Source of the DNA: Balanoglossus misakiensis
Taxonomy: Eukaryota > Animalia > Hemichordata
DNA length: 64,000 nucleotides
NCBI GenBank assembly: GCA_040954595.2
Contig: CM082589.2
Location: 3,672,213 to 3,736,212, forward strand
Direction of reading: 5' to 3'
In this document: positions 41,001 to 53,504 of the stretch, one piece after another
Position numbering within the stretch: the first letter of the stretch is position 1
Layout: every line of letters begins with the position of its first letter
Made by a program: the position numbers and the translations under genes
The notes under the pieces: generated by a model
Databases searched by the model: none
Told to the model about the DNA's origin: nothing
Seen by the model: only the letters and a program-made list of their open reading frames with translations

Positions 41001-44000
41001 GGCGCTGTTGAATCGAGTGTGAAAATCGTTTTAAAAAATAGCATAGATATTTAAGAGGCTCTCATAAATGCGCGCAGTGGCGCCTGAAATTCATTGTTTC
41101 ATTCAGTGGAACCAATGATGCTAACGGAAATCGGGGCACATATGAGACAAAAGCGCGAACTTCATCAATGCCAAATATTGTCGTGGACAGCTTGAGGATT
41201 GGAAAGATTCCCCGCCACTTTGAGCAGTAAAATTCATGGTACATGCACATTTTCTCCACCTGTGCTGTTTTTAGTCGTTATTTTTGGGTTGTGCGTCGGG
41301 TATGAAAAACCGAGTTTGAGTGACGTTAAATCCGCGTCTTTCGTTTCCCATAAATCCACCATCTGACCGGACTGCCTTTTTTAGACATTTTAAAAAAAGT
41401 AACCGTTCTTGTCGTCTACAGGTGTATTCGTGTGCAGCAAACGGTGCGTGGGTCCCGAGGGCGAGCGCGTCAGTGTGAGACCGGCGACCTCGGACAGAGC
41501 AAGGAAGAAACAAGGCGAGAAAAGGTGCCCCAACCCAGAGTGTGATGGCCACCTCATGCATATACAATGCGCGGGGAAAAGCGGATATCCAGTGACACAT
41601 TTTTGGCGGCCGATGGGTAAGCAACTACATTATTTCTCTCTCTTGTCAAGCGACAAAACCTATATTTTTCTTGCTCAAAATTTCCCGTTACCGGGCAACG
41701 GTCTGTGCGCCCTATAATAACAACGTTTGTTCACGGTAGACCATATTTTATTGACAAAATTGTGTGATAATTCGAAATCGAAGTGTTTGCACTCTTCAGG
41801 AGCGCACTCACCCAATTGTAAGGAGAGCACGCGATTACGCCTTTGCATTTTGGGGCTAGCTCTGTTATAGTGGACCATTTGACTCGCCCATACGGTGGCC
41901 TGTTTGATCGCCTTGTTGAGATTTGCCGGTATGCAAACACCATCGCGTGGTGGTGTTGGCGGTGGCTTTCGTCGTCCCGTGCGGCGTCGCGCTACAGTGC
42001 AATGTTCTTGTGAATTTATGGCGGAATGTTTGTCCCCGAACCATCTGTAGGAGCGCCACTATGAGCATTATTATTGCATCAAAACGCTGTACAATCAATA
42101 TTATGGCGTCTTTTATTATGCGGGGGGGGGGGGGGGGGGTTACTGACTAAAACAATAAGGTAGTACGCGCCTTGGGGACAGATTTTCAAAACTCTGAGGT
42201 CGCCCAGACTCGGAGAAAAACAGCAAAAACACCTGTTAACGAATTGAAACGCTTAAACTCAAATCTCTGAAATTGACTGCATTTTTAATGTCATCATTTT
42301 AATGCCATTATTTTCCAGAATCCATCGTAATTTTTCAGTCAAAGGGTTACCATGACCACCCAAGACCCGACGTCGTAAAGACAACGTCATCGGCCAAGAT
42401 TGCCCTGTTGGAGTACCACAGAACTCATCGCCACGAACGACCGAAGGAAATATGCAAGAAAATAGTAAGTGTTCGGGTCGTTTTCGGAAAACTTCGTTGT
42501 ATTGAAGGGAACGGGGGTCGGGAATCGGTGGCACCATTTCGAAAATGGGAAGCTTTGAAAGTGATGTTTTTAAAGAATGCCAGAAACGTAAATGACTCAA
42601 ATCAATCAAACAACCACTGAGAATTAAAAAAAAACATATTTTTTAATCTATTAATTATAATCTTGAACTTCAGGGCGTTCATCTACACAAATCCTTCAAC
42701 CGCGTGGATCGCGTCGCAAGACAGCTCCGCGAAGCACAGAATCTTCTCGGGGGTGACGCCGCCAAGCTTTCTACACTGAAAGGATTCGAGAAGGATTTGA
42801 AATACGACCAACTACGCATGCAGCTGAGAAATCGATTGAAGTCTGACGAGTCCGATAGTTTGACCTCCGAGTACAACACTTGTAAGTGTATAATTATCGC
42901 AAAAATATGTCTTGGCCATTGTTTCTTCTAGAGAAAAAAACTGAACAGGCCCGCGCACACTGACTATTTTTGTTTACTAATTTCAAATGCCCAATTGAAT
43001 GAGTGAGACTTTATAGCGACTTTATTAGAACGGGTATTTTCATCGACGAGTTATTTTAAGAGTTGTTAATCTGTTGTCACTATGCAAAATAGCGAAGATT
43101 GCATTTCGTCCATAAAATGTATTTGTAGGTCACAATAGCAAATTTGTTCGTCATTGGGAGGAGTCACGATTTTATTGATAACGTGGGCGACTTCAATTTC
43201 ATGTGCGTCATGTATGTCTGGCTTTTTATTCCGTATTCTAAACCTAGCACGCTTTTTTTTACTTTCTCTAGCCGGAAGTCGAACAGGCTCGTTCGCGTAC
43301 GGACCCAATGGCCAACAGGCGTTCCACTCCAATCCCAGCCTCGAACAGTGGTACCAGTCATCGAACGACATGTTTGGCTACGGTATGTCGCCCATATTTC
43401 GCGCTGGCTCCCGTGACGATCGGGGTGAGCAAAATCTAGTATCACCTTCGCCCGATTTGCTTATTTTTTTAAAACCCGAAATAAGAGTTGCCACTGCCAC
43501 AGTTGATAGAAACCCAATCCCGACGATTTTCACAATTGCGCACAAATTTTGGAAGTATGCCAGTTCTGCGACGGAATTATTTTGTTTCTAAAAATGCGTT
43601 CATACATTTTGTATGCTAAATGCGTGCATGGTATACGCACTATAAGACATCTGAAATTATATTTTAGCGGTATTATCTGCTCATGTCTTCAATTTTCATT
43701 TGGTCTCGTGCAATTGAAATTTGCCAAAGAACGCTATCACTAAAATTCCGTCATTTGCTGAAAAATCACATTTCATTTTATATTTCACAGTAAGTTACAA
43801 ATAAATTACAGGTAGGGCTAAGTTCATTCGGTTTTATTCGTCTCTATTTCGTTTCAAGGGACAAATGATCATGCAACGTGAACTGACGGATTTTGTCTTT
43901 ATTTTGTAGGCATGAACGGTCAATACGGGTCGGACGCTTACTATGGCGGTACCGCCACGCCAAACTACGGCAGTTACTACGGCAACGGCGTAGACGACAT

Positions 44001-45441
44001 GGAATTCGGCCGAGGCAGCACGTATTTCCAGAAAGAGGCGATGGGAGGTCGCGGAAACGACGGCGGCGGAAAGAAGGCGACGATCCCGCTGCTGCAGAAC
44101 ATGCTGAAACGCCGTCAGATGATGAAGGAGATGAAGGACAAGACCAACCAGTTAGTCGACGGACAGATGTCGGATTTCTTCGACACCGACAGGGCAGGTT
44201 CGCCGGAGAAGAGCCGGGACTATTACGAGCACGGCTTTGGTGACTCGGCCTTCTGCAGCGAGCAAAATCACGAAGAGTTGAGCCAGACCAAGAGGAAAGC
44301 GCCGCCTCTGCTGTTCCACGGAGGCCCAGCACCCAAACGGTCGAGGGCGCTGTCCGAATCCGACGTCGCCACCGGTGACGAAGCAGCCGCGGATCTGAGC
44401 AGGTCAAACGACGACGGAACTTTCTCCTCGGATCAGGAAAATCGCGCCAGCGAGAAACACTACGCCTCCGACTCCGCTTCCGCCGCAGCTCAAAAACTTA
44501 ACGACACCACATCCGGGGACTTGCCATCTCTGCTCGACTTTTTCGACGTGCAAGGTGGCTCGACCGCCAAGGACCATGACTCCGCCCCTGCCCTGAAATC
44601 TTCGAATTCCGCCTTCTCGCCGACAATTCCGTCGTCGTCCCAAAGAGAACCGGCGAGCTGCGAGTCTTCGCGTTCTGGGACGCCGCCGCCACCACCGAGC
44701 TATTCAAGCAGCGTACATCATCAAACGTCGTCGTCGTCGGCGACAGACAGTTCATCCCACCACCACGTGCACGCGCCCACAGCGGTACCAGCCGGCGGCA
44801 GCATCAAAGACCACGGGCCTCCTTCGCCGGCCACGGGCAACGAGCAAGTCTTCAGCGAACTCACAAACGTCAGCCACAGCTACTCGCGGGGCACCCCGGA
44901 GGCCGCCCAACAGGGACCCACTCTCAGCCAACTGACGTCCGGTAGCCATGGATACGGCCAGGATGAAGAAAATGGCACCTACATCGATCTGCTCGTCTCC
45001 ATGTATCTAGGCAACAACTCGAACATAAACGACAAGCCCCTGTCGACCCTGAAGCACGAGTTTCACGTGTACACGGACACTTTCAACAAATCGCGGGCCC
45101 AGTTCATGCAGCAAGACATGAACCAATACGGCTACGACCACTACAAGTCGAGCAACCAGTACGACTTCGCCTCCTGGTACGAATCCGACCACTGGCGAAA
45201 CCACCACGCCAGACTCGCCGCCAGCCAGAACTACCACGGCCACGCCGAGCACAACGCCCTCACTTCCATGCCCTTCTCCGGCCACTACGACTACCCGGCC
45301 ATGCAGTACCCGGACTGGTACGGCCACACTGCGCATGCGGCCGATCCCATGGGCGAATCAAGTCGCCTGCAGCTGATGTCCCAGGCATTGAACTACACCC
45401 ACGGGAATTCGGGCATTCTTTACAACAGATCGCTATATTAA
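29040..45441 (+). CDS. gcm: Glial cells missing (GCM-domain) transcription factor, ~855 aa
   Basis: Exons 29040-29270, 34090-34234, 41422-41616, 42319-42464, 42674-42881, 43272-43382, 43910-45441; all GT-AG and phase-consistent. The GCM domain reads [10 protein letters not shown]...[35 protein letters not shown]...RPA...CPNPEC...[13 protein letters not shown]...[13 protein letters not shown], with the Cys/His zinc ligands present. The C-terminus is long and S/P/Y/H-rich. The first coding exon is less certain. Confidence 0.93.
30457..30548. repeat. (CAC)n(CAA)n microsatellite in a gcm intron
   Basis: Directly visible trinucleotide run. Confidence 0.95.
35647..35677. mobile_element. 31-bp palindromic mini-MITE with target-site duplication
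   Basis: CATAGACC...GGTCTATG termini, flanked on both sides by CCCACAT (35640-35646 and 35678-35684). Confidence 0.6.
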
Positions 45442-46200
45442 GTCGAATTGTCAGCAAATTGATGGCACCGCGCATAAGTTGTGGCTTATTTTGTAAATAA
45501 ATGTTTGACAAGTGCCTTGTTTAGAGATAAGAGCTATTATAATTTTCGACGATTGATTTGTAAGAGGGACTATGCATCAGAGGTTGACATGCGTACCGAC
45601 CTGGGAAAAAGTTACACCTCCATGTTTTGCATTTTTGTCATTTTAAGGTTTTACTTGAGTCATCGCATGTAACATGGCAACGCCGTAGAGCCCACCGAAA
45701 CGGTTTTATGTTACTTGGCTGTGGTGACAGCGACCCTTACGTGCAATATGTAACTTTTATAGCATTTGAGATATTCATATATTTATTATTTATTAGAAAT
45801 GTATATAAATAAGAGACATTTTTTTAAAAACAGTAAAGAACTTCGAAACCGATCAAGTGCAATTATTATAGCAATTCTTGAGAGTAATTTAGATTTCTTT
45901 TATTGTAAATAAACCAAAGATTTTCCCTTTGCAATATTTATACTTCAGAAATATATTTAACTTATTTGGGTATAGTCTAATTATAATATACGGAATAAAA
46001 ATAATTGTTTTTGCGAAAAAATAAAACTAGCTGAACGATATAATAGATTATAAAAGATTTTCCACGTTTTGCGAGATGTGCAATATACTATTATTTTGGA
46101 TTGGGTGTCCTTGATATTCGCTTTAAGTTCTACGTCCCATTTTATTTATGTACAGATATTTAAGAGCAATACATTTAATAAAGAGAATTTAATAAGAATG
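45442..46200 (+). other. gcm: gcm AU-rich 3' UTR with polyadenylation signals
   Basis: Multiple ATTTA motifs (e.g. ~45781-45795) and AATAAA at ~45994, ~46020 and ~46177. Confidence 0.6.
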
Positions 46201-46246
46201 CGTATCGTGTGAAACATTTTGTTTCCACTGTTATGTTCGACGCAAT

Positions 46247-46383
46247 CTGATTATAATCAGATGTAGGGTACGGCGACGTCTTTTACTTCGCGGCATGGCA
46301 TTCTTATGAGGCTATAGCATAAGAATACCGTACCGCGAAGTAAAATACGTCGGCTTACCCTACCCTGATATGATTTTAATCAG
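46247..46383. mobile_element. ~137-bp near-perfect hairpin (MITE-like)
   Basis: Left arm gtagggtacggcgacgtcttttacttcgcggcatggcattcttatg pairs with cataagaataccgtaccgcgaagtaaaatacgtcggcttaccctac. The termini are CTGATT...AATCAG. Confidence 0.7.
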
Positions 46384-48544
46384 GTTGTGTTTGACCTCTA
46401 CTGTCTATGGTTTGACATTGCCAACACCACAATGACCATCCATCTTGCTGCAAAAAAATCGTCACTTACATTTTTCTGTTGTCCTGCTACTGGAAATTCT
46501 TGCCAGAAATTCTTCAGCAACAAATGGCAGAGGAAGTCTCTTCTGAGAACATTGGGCGTGATAAAGATGGAAGCGGTATCGCTGTCTCTTGCAATATTGA
46601 ACGGTCAGACACTCGTGGCGACCATGAAATTAACTTGGGGCTTCAGAATGGAAAGGCAATTGTCTCCAACACACGTGGTGTCCAGGTGATGTGGACACGT
46701 TAACATTTAAATTATCATCGATTTTCGCATAACAAAGAGCGGTATGAAAAGTGAACGTCACGATCTTCACGAAGGAATAACGGGTGATGATCGTTGAGGG
46801 CGCCACCACGATTCTGTATGAGATTTTTCGGCCAGTTCACGCAAACTTGAAGGGTATACATACAAAATAAACTTACATTTGTCATAATTCCACACAAGAA
46901 TCAATTAAACCAAGTCATCACCACATTCCAAGCTTTCATGGCCCGGACATTTGACAGCCCGGCTGAATTTTTATTAGTTATACATCTAATATTGGCACCC
47001 AATACAGATAAAGATTTGAATGTACATAGTATTATTGCAGAATAATATTGACACAAACACAATTCAATAATATGCATGATTTCATGACATGATCTCCCGT
47101 TTAACACCCTAACATTCACATATTTCTGCTTGTGCTATATATTTCAGCACATTTTATTTTATTATAAGTAACATCTAACAAATGACGGATCAGTAGTCCA
47201 GGGAAAATGAGAATACGTGAAAAATAAAAAAAACACTGTGTCCATTTTTATAACAAAATAACAGAATAAATATAACTATAGAAACAGAATAAAAATATCA
47301 CTGTATGAAAATTGTCACATGACACCCCATACCCGATCAGTAAGAGGACCACCTATCATACTTGATTTTATTATTTTATAGACAGACAAATGCAAATATT
47401 TTGCACTGATATTTAAATATGTATTTACGTATTCTAATCCTGGCAATATTCCTGGTACATTATTTTTACTGGTGTCCTTTTGGCAGTATTTTAAGATGCG
47501 TTTTTTCTCATAAATTGACACACAGACCTTCAAGAAAAAAGAAGTGTTCTGATTGCACAAGTGATACATCAAAAATTAGTGACAGAAGGTGTTTCATCAA
47601 TGAAATTCAAAGTATTTCTACATCGAAATACATGATTAAAATTTATAATAAAATACTGTAGTTCATGGAAGCCCACGTCTGGTTTACCGTAACAATAAAC
47701 AAGCCTCACAGAATAAAAAAAGGTTACCATCTTGCATAGGACAGAGATCTGGCATGCTACATGTAAAATTTGTAATAGATGGCAACATTGTTCCTTTCAG
47801 ACATTACACACAACAGAAACACTTGCAAAGCAAAACATTTGAACCCTATTACCCCCATTGCAAAGTACCCAGGTCCAACAGAATTGGGTTAAGCCACAGA
47901 GGTGAACAGGCAATTGCTCATTGGTACACACAGAGAACAAAATAATATATTGCACTCTATGGATTGGAATTTGTTTGAGATGTATCTTAGAGAGTTACTG
48001 CAAGAACACACTTTACTACATAACATTACATTAACCCTACATAGAGATTTAAATTTTCTACAAGTAAAAAGTCTCTTTTCGACACACTCTCTCCACAAAG
48101 GCAACCCAACTTTCAGAGAATTCTAAATTCTCAACTCAATATTCAGCCAGACATCTTTCGCATACCACAATGAAAACGTTTTCTCTGTTTGTACAACCCA
48201 AACCCAAAAGGGCAAGAAATGTTTCCTCCAAATCTGACAAAACACATCCACTGTTTGCAGACTGCATTGTCTTCACATGATTTTCTTCAGCTATCTACTG
48301 TGGTCTTTATGAAACTAACGTCTACTATACTACACGATGAACAACTGACATGCCTGGTTATCCCATGAATCAGAAGATGTGTCTGGTTGCTCCTAAAATC
48401 AGGCAAGGCTGGTTGTCCTCTCAATTAGGTAGTGTACATATTTGTCCCCAGATCAGGTGACATAACAAGCTGTCATCTTCACTGAGCATATGTCACATAA
48501 AATAAAATACCCTGAATCATGTGACAGGTCAGGTGACCCAGTTA

Positions 48545-51040
48545 TCATGGCCCCTCTCTGATCAGGTGACTCAGTGTGGGGTTTTTCTTCGCGTTTCCTT
48601 CCTCTGGCTCGCTTGTTTCTTTCTCTCCGTCCTCGTCCTTGTTGTCATCACTCGTGTCCAAGAAGAGAAGTGGGAACATCCCGAGAAGACAGCCTATCGT
48701 GATGCCAATGGCCCTACCCTGTGTGGTAAAGATCAAAACAAATCCAGTCAAAACAAAGCCAAACAAAGCATCTTGGCTAATTAACTACAGCCTGTTGTAA
48801 ATGCAAGTTCAACATTCACTAGGGAGGCATGTCCCTGTACAAAAGACAGCTCAATACTGCTTGTTATCAACTTGACAGGATAAGTGCGTCACACCCCTGG
48901 TTGAAAAGTGAAATGATTTGGACGTCAGAAAGCTAATTGCAAACATTCCATACATGTGCAAACTCAGAGCGCTTTCCTTGAAAGTTTGACTGAGCTAGTG
49001 AGTGGCACACACCCATCCACCCACTCACCCTCAGACTAACTTACAAAACTGGACGAATATCTGGTTGCGTTCATGTTGAGCTGCTGGGGGGTTAAGTCAG
49101 GGGTCTGCACTCCTAGCCTGTTTGCAAATGCCTCAACATAGCCGGCCAATCTGGAAAAGAGAGAGTGAGTCTTGTAAAGTACAAAGTGCACTGTGCTCTG
49201 ATGGTCAAACAGAAGAGATGAGAATTGCAGAGAAATCTCTTTGATGATCATGGCAATAAATTTAATTTTCTTATATAACAATGATGACTCTAATACTCAC
49301 CCTACACCAGCGATATCGGACACCAGATTTCCCAAGGCAGCAGCTGCAGTGAAAAAGGCAAAAACTAATGTTTTAATAAAGAAATATTTTTTTTTCAGGA
49401 ATATTAGCACCTCTAATAAAATATGCCCATTTATTGCTAAAAAGAATATGGTGGGGATATCACACACACCTTCATATTTGAAAAGAAGCTAGGCCACAGT
49501 AATGAATAGGACGGGATCAAGATGCTGAAAGTAAATAATGTTGAGAAAACTGCAGACACACCAGTAAGGGGGAAGATAGGCCAAACTACTTGCCTGCCAG
49601 AACAGAAATTCCAAGAACAGTTCCTAGTGTGTGGTCAATGTAATCACCCTGAAACAATAAAATATTCAAAGTGACAATTATCCGTTTTCTTATTTGTCAG
49701 TTAGATTTGAATTGAAGATTTATTGACATCCACATGCACTAAATTATTGTATTTCATACTTACGGCTATGATCATTATTGCATTATCGAGGAATCCAAAA
49801 CCAATGAATGGAATTGCATTGCTGAATACAACTATAAGAAGAAGAAAAAATGTTGCAACACTGAAAATTACTTCACGTGTGGCAGGCTCTAGTATATTTA
49901 TAGCACTCTTTATGCAAAGCATTTGTTTTGTAAAAAAAGCACTCCACCACTTGGCTCACAAGCCATAGCACAGAAGTGAGTACGGCGCTTGTAGTACCAG
50001 AATTCATCAGCACAAAAAACAACAACAAAAAAACCTCAAACAAACAAGAAGAGACCCAGCAATGACTGAATCTGCATTTCCTCACCTTGCCTCAGTTGTT
50101 TCGATGTGGGGCGTTCTGCTTTTATGCTACCAGCTGTTGAGAAACACAAACAGCAGCTCAGTATTTTCACCTGTGGGGGTAGTCTAGAACCTAGCCTTCA
50201 TTTTTTTTTTGCTTTTGCTCACTCACACTAGCGACAAAAACAAAAGGCTAGGTTCTAAACTACTGTTGGGGGCGGGGGACATCTACCATTGATATTCAGT
50301 GGTTCCACTGACATATGCTTTACAACACAAGAAACCTAAATGACCAAAGATATACCATTACAGACCTGTTGTTGGTGACAAGTCATAGCGTCTTGGCCAA
50401 CCACAAGTTTTCATTCCCATTAAAAAACATATACACAAGACAAAAAACAGGTCCCCACAATTTCTGAGTGCGAAGATCATTTAAGCTATCAGCTCTACCT
50501 TACCACTCCCAAACATTCTATCTGGTTGTTGTTAGGTCTGTGTGTTCCCGGCGTTACACGGCTATGGTGGAGGCAGTGTAACGCCGGGAACACACAGACC
50601 TAACAACAACCAGAGGATTTCTTGCGTTCGTATGTGACCCCGCCCACTAGCAACCGACACGGCATACACCGATCTCTTCCATTTTCACGATAGAACGAAA
50701 GGGTATGGGCAAGTATAATCAATGCAGTAGTTCAGAAGAAAAGAAATGACAAGTTTCTGTAGACGGGCCAGCCCCGGGTTTACATACGATCTGACTCTTT
50801 CAGTTTGTTTTCAAAACTGAGCAGTTCTGTTATGATCAGAGACCGTTCACGACTGTCCAATATGGCAATGAATTCCCTCGCTTTCTTCGATGAGTCAACG
50901 CGATCTCCTCTCCGCCTGAACACTCCTCGCTTTGAACACACTATCGGGTAGACACTTGTCACATGCTGGTTTTGGGGCGTATTTGCGAGTAAAAGTCTTC
51001 TAGCACCACAAGCAGCCATCCTTGCAATGGACGCAGCCAT
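48545..51040 (-). CDS. TMEM65: Transmembrane protein 65 (mitochondrial inner membrane)
   Basis: Exons 51040-50788, 50133-50086, 49831-49764, 49648-49594 (GC donor), 49343-49301, 49150-49045, 48718-48545. Has an Arg-rich presequence and the family motifs AIPFIGFGFLDNAIMIIAGDYID, AAALGNLVSDIAGVGLAGYVE and GRAIGITIGCLLGMFPL. Confidence 0.96.
50179..50263. mobile_element. Mini-MITE with 20-bp inverted repeats in TMEM65 intron 1
   Basis: gtagtctagaacctagcctt (50179-50198) versus aaggctaggttctaaactac (50244-50263), one mismatch. Confidence 0.6.
50521..50614. repeat. Perfect 39-bp inverted repeat with a 16-nt loop in TMEM65 intron 1
   Basis: 50521-50559 is the exact reverse complement of 50576-50614. 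Confidence 0.9.
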
Positions 51041-51137
51041 TTTGTAAATGCGTTTGTTTGTAGGGTGTTTCCTTCAGTAAATAACGCAGCCATTTTGTAA
51101 ATGCGTTTGTTTGTAGGGTGTTTCCTTCAGTAAATAA
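51031..51137. repeat. 53-bp perfect tandem duplication spanning the TMEM65 start codon
   Basis: acgcagccattttgtaaatgcgtttgtttgtagggtgtttccttcagtaaata occurs at 51031 and at 51084. Confidence 0.92.
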
Positions 51138-51345
51138 GGGTCCATGATCCCTTCAATAAAACGTTTCGAACTTTACATACCTTTCGGTAAATCGGTGCCC
51201 ATTTTTTGCATCACTACAGAAAAATCAACCTGGCAGTCCCTAGATATCAAGATATATTTCCCATTGCAAATCACAATTCCCAGCAGCCATTAGCACAATT
51301 AGGTACGTCACTAAGTGGGGTGACGTCACGTGTGTGTCGTTCCCC

Positions 51346-53504
51346 TGCCTTCAAAATAAGTCAACAGGTGCGAATCTGCCTTGAAATGTACGCCAAATTA
51401 CGTTTTATTTATTTAATGAGTTGGAAAGAATTTTATGTAGACTGGAATCAATTTTTTTAGCATCTCGAATATTAATTTTAGCTGATCCCACAGTCCTTTG
51501 CGCACGCTTCATGAAATAAAAATGGCGGCGGCTTTGAATGTCGATTTCCTCGCATAAAGCTTAAAAAAGGGTGTTTGTACAAGTTGTTAGATGTTTTGTG
51601 GCGCTTTGTCGTCCCGTATGAATGAGGTGTGGTCGGAAACGGTGAACGGTGCACCAGTTTTGGTCCAAAGATGGCAAATTCTAGTCGTGCGCAATAATTC
51701 GTTTTAGCTAACTGTTTACCATTGCCATTGGGTAGGACGATGGCTGTTCACGGTGCTAGACATATGTTGCCTAACCCATTACATAGAGTGATATTAATAT
51801 TAACGGTCAATATGATTTAGCCTAACTGTTTTCCATTGGGTATGGATGGCTGTTCACGGTGGCTAGACATATGTTGCCTAACCCATTACATGGAGTGATA
51901 TTAATATTAACGGTCAATATGATTTAGCCTAACTGTTTACCATTGGGTATGGATGGTTGTTCACGGTGGCTAGACATATGTTGCCTAACCCATTACATGG
52001 AGTGATATTAATATTAACGGTCAATATGATTTAGCCTAACTGTTTACCATTGGGTATGGATGGTTGTTCACGGTGGCTAGAAATATGTTGCCTAACTTAT
52101 TACACAGAGTGCTATTAATATTAACGGTCAATATAATTTAGAGATTAATTACGATAATTGCTAATTAATAATGAGAAATTATCGTCGCATCAACTGAAAA
52201 TATAACTTTGTAAGCTAGAACCTTGAGTATTTTTCACTTTTATGGCTGTAAAATGTAAGAACCACGATTTTTGGTAAGAACCTCGGCCATGTGTATAAAA
52301 TCCTATTTAAGAACCTTGATGATATCGGGAGTTAAATTACGATATTGTTTATTAATAATGAGAAATTATCGTCGCATCGACTAAAAATAATACTTTTTAA
52401 GCTAGAACCTTCAGTATTTTTCACTTTTATGACTGTAAAACATAAGAACCACGATTTTTAGTAAGAACCACGGCCACGTGGTTCTTTTGTTTTACAGCCA
52501 TAAAAGTGAAAAATACTGAAGGTTCTAGCTTAAAAAGTGTTATTTTTAGTTGACGCGATGATAATTTCTCATTATTAATTAGCAATTATCGTAATTAATC
52601 TCTAAATCATATTGACAGTTAATATTAATATCACGCTATGTAATGGGTTAGGCAACATGTGTCTAGCCACCGTGAACAATCATCCATACCCAATGGTAAA
52701 CAGTTAGGCTAAATCATATTGACCGTTAATATTAATATCACGCTATGTAATGGGTTAGGCAACATATGTCTAGCCACCGTGAACAACCATCCATACCCAA
52801 TGGAAAACAGTTAGGCTAAATCATATTGACCGTTAATGTTAATATCACGCTATGTAATGGGTTAGGCAACATATGTCTAGCCACCGTGAACAGCCATCCA
52901 AACCCAATGGAAAACAGTTAGGCTAAATCATATTGACCGTTAATATTAATATCACTCTATGTAATGGGTTAGGCAACATATGTCTAGCCACCGTGAACAG
53001 CCATCCATACCCAATGGAAAACAGTTAGGCTAAATCATATTGACCGTTAATATTAATATCACTCTATGTAATGGGTTAGGCAACATATGTCTAGCCACCG
53101 TGAACACACGCCATCCATACCCAATGGTAAACAGTTTATAGCTAAAACGAATTCTTGCGCACGACTAGAATTTGCCATCTTTGGACCAAAACTGGTGCAC
53201 CGTTCACCGTTTCCGACCACACCTCATTCATACGGGACGACAAACAGCCACAAAACATACAACAACTTGTACAAACACCCTTTTTTAAGCTTTATGCGAG
53301 GAAATCGACATTCAAAGCCGCCGCCATTTTTATTTCATGAAGCGTGCGCAAAGGACTGTGGGATCAGCCGAAATTAATATTCGAGATGCTAAAAAAATGA
53401 TTTCAGTCTACATAAAACCCTTTCTAACTCATTAAATTAATAAAAAACATAATCTAGCGTACATTTTAAGGCAGATTCGCACCTGCTGACTTATTTTGAA
53501 GGCA
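51346..53504. mobile_element. Foldback-type non-autonomous element (giant modular inverted repeat)
   Basis: About 360 bp of outer IR (tgccttcaaaataagtc... / ...gacttattttgaaggca), then 107-bp tandem units (4 on the left from ~51708, 5 inverted on the right from ~52604), then a central ~188-bp module (two direct copies plus one partial inverted copy). No transposase ORF. Confidence 0.85.

Noticed and set aside
43844-45511. Antisense and alternative-frame ORFs over the last gcm exon
   Set aside because: Expected by-products of a GC-rich coding exon; no recognisable domains.
51708-53135. Regular 107-bp repeats as a CRISPR-like array
   Set aside because: Units are contiguous and near-identical with no unique spacers, there are no cas genes, and the context is eukaryotic.
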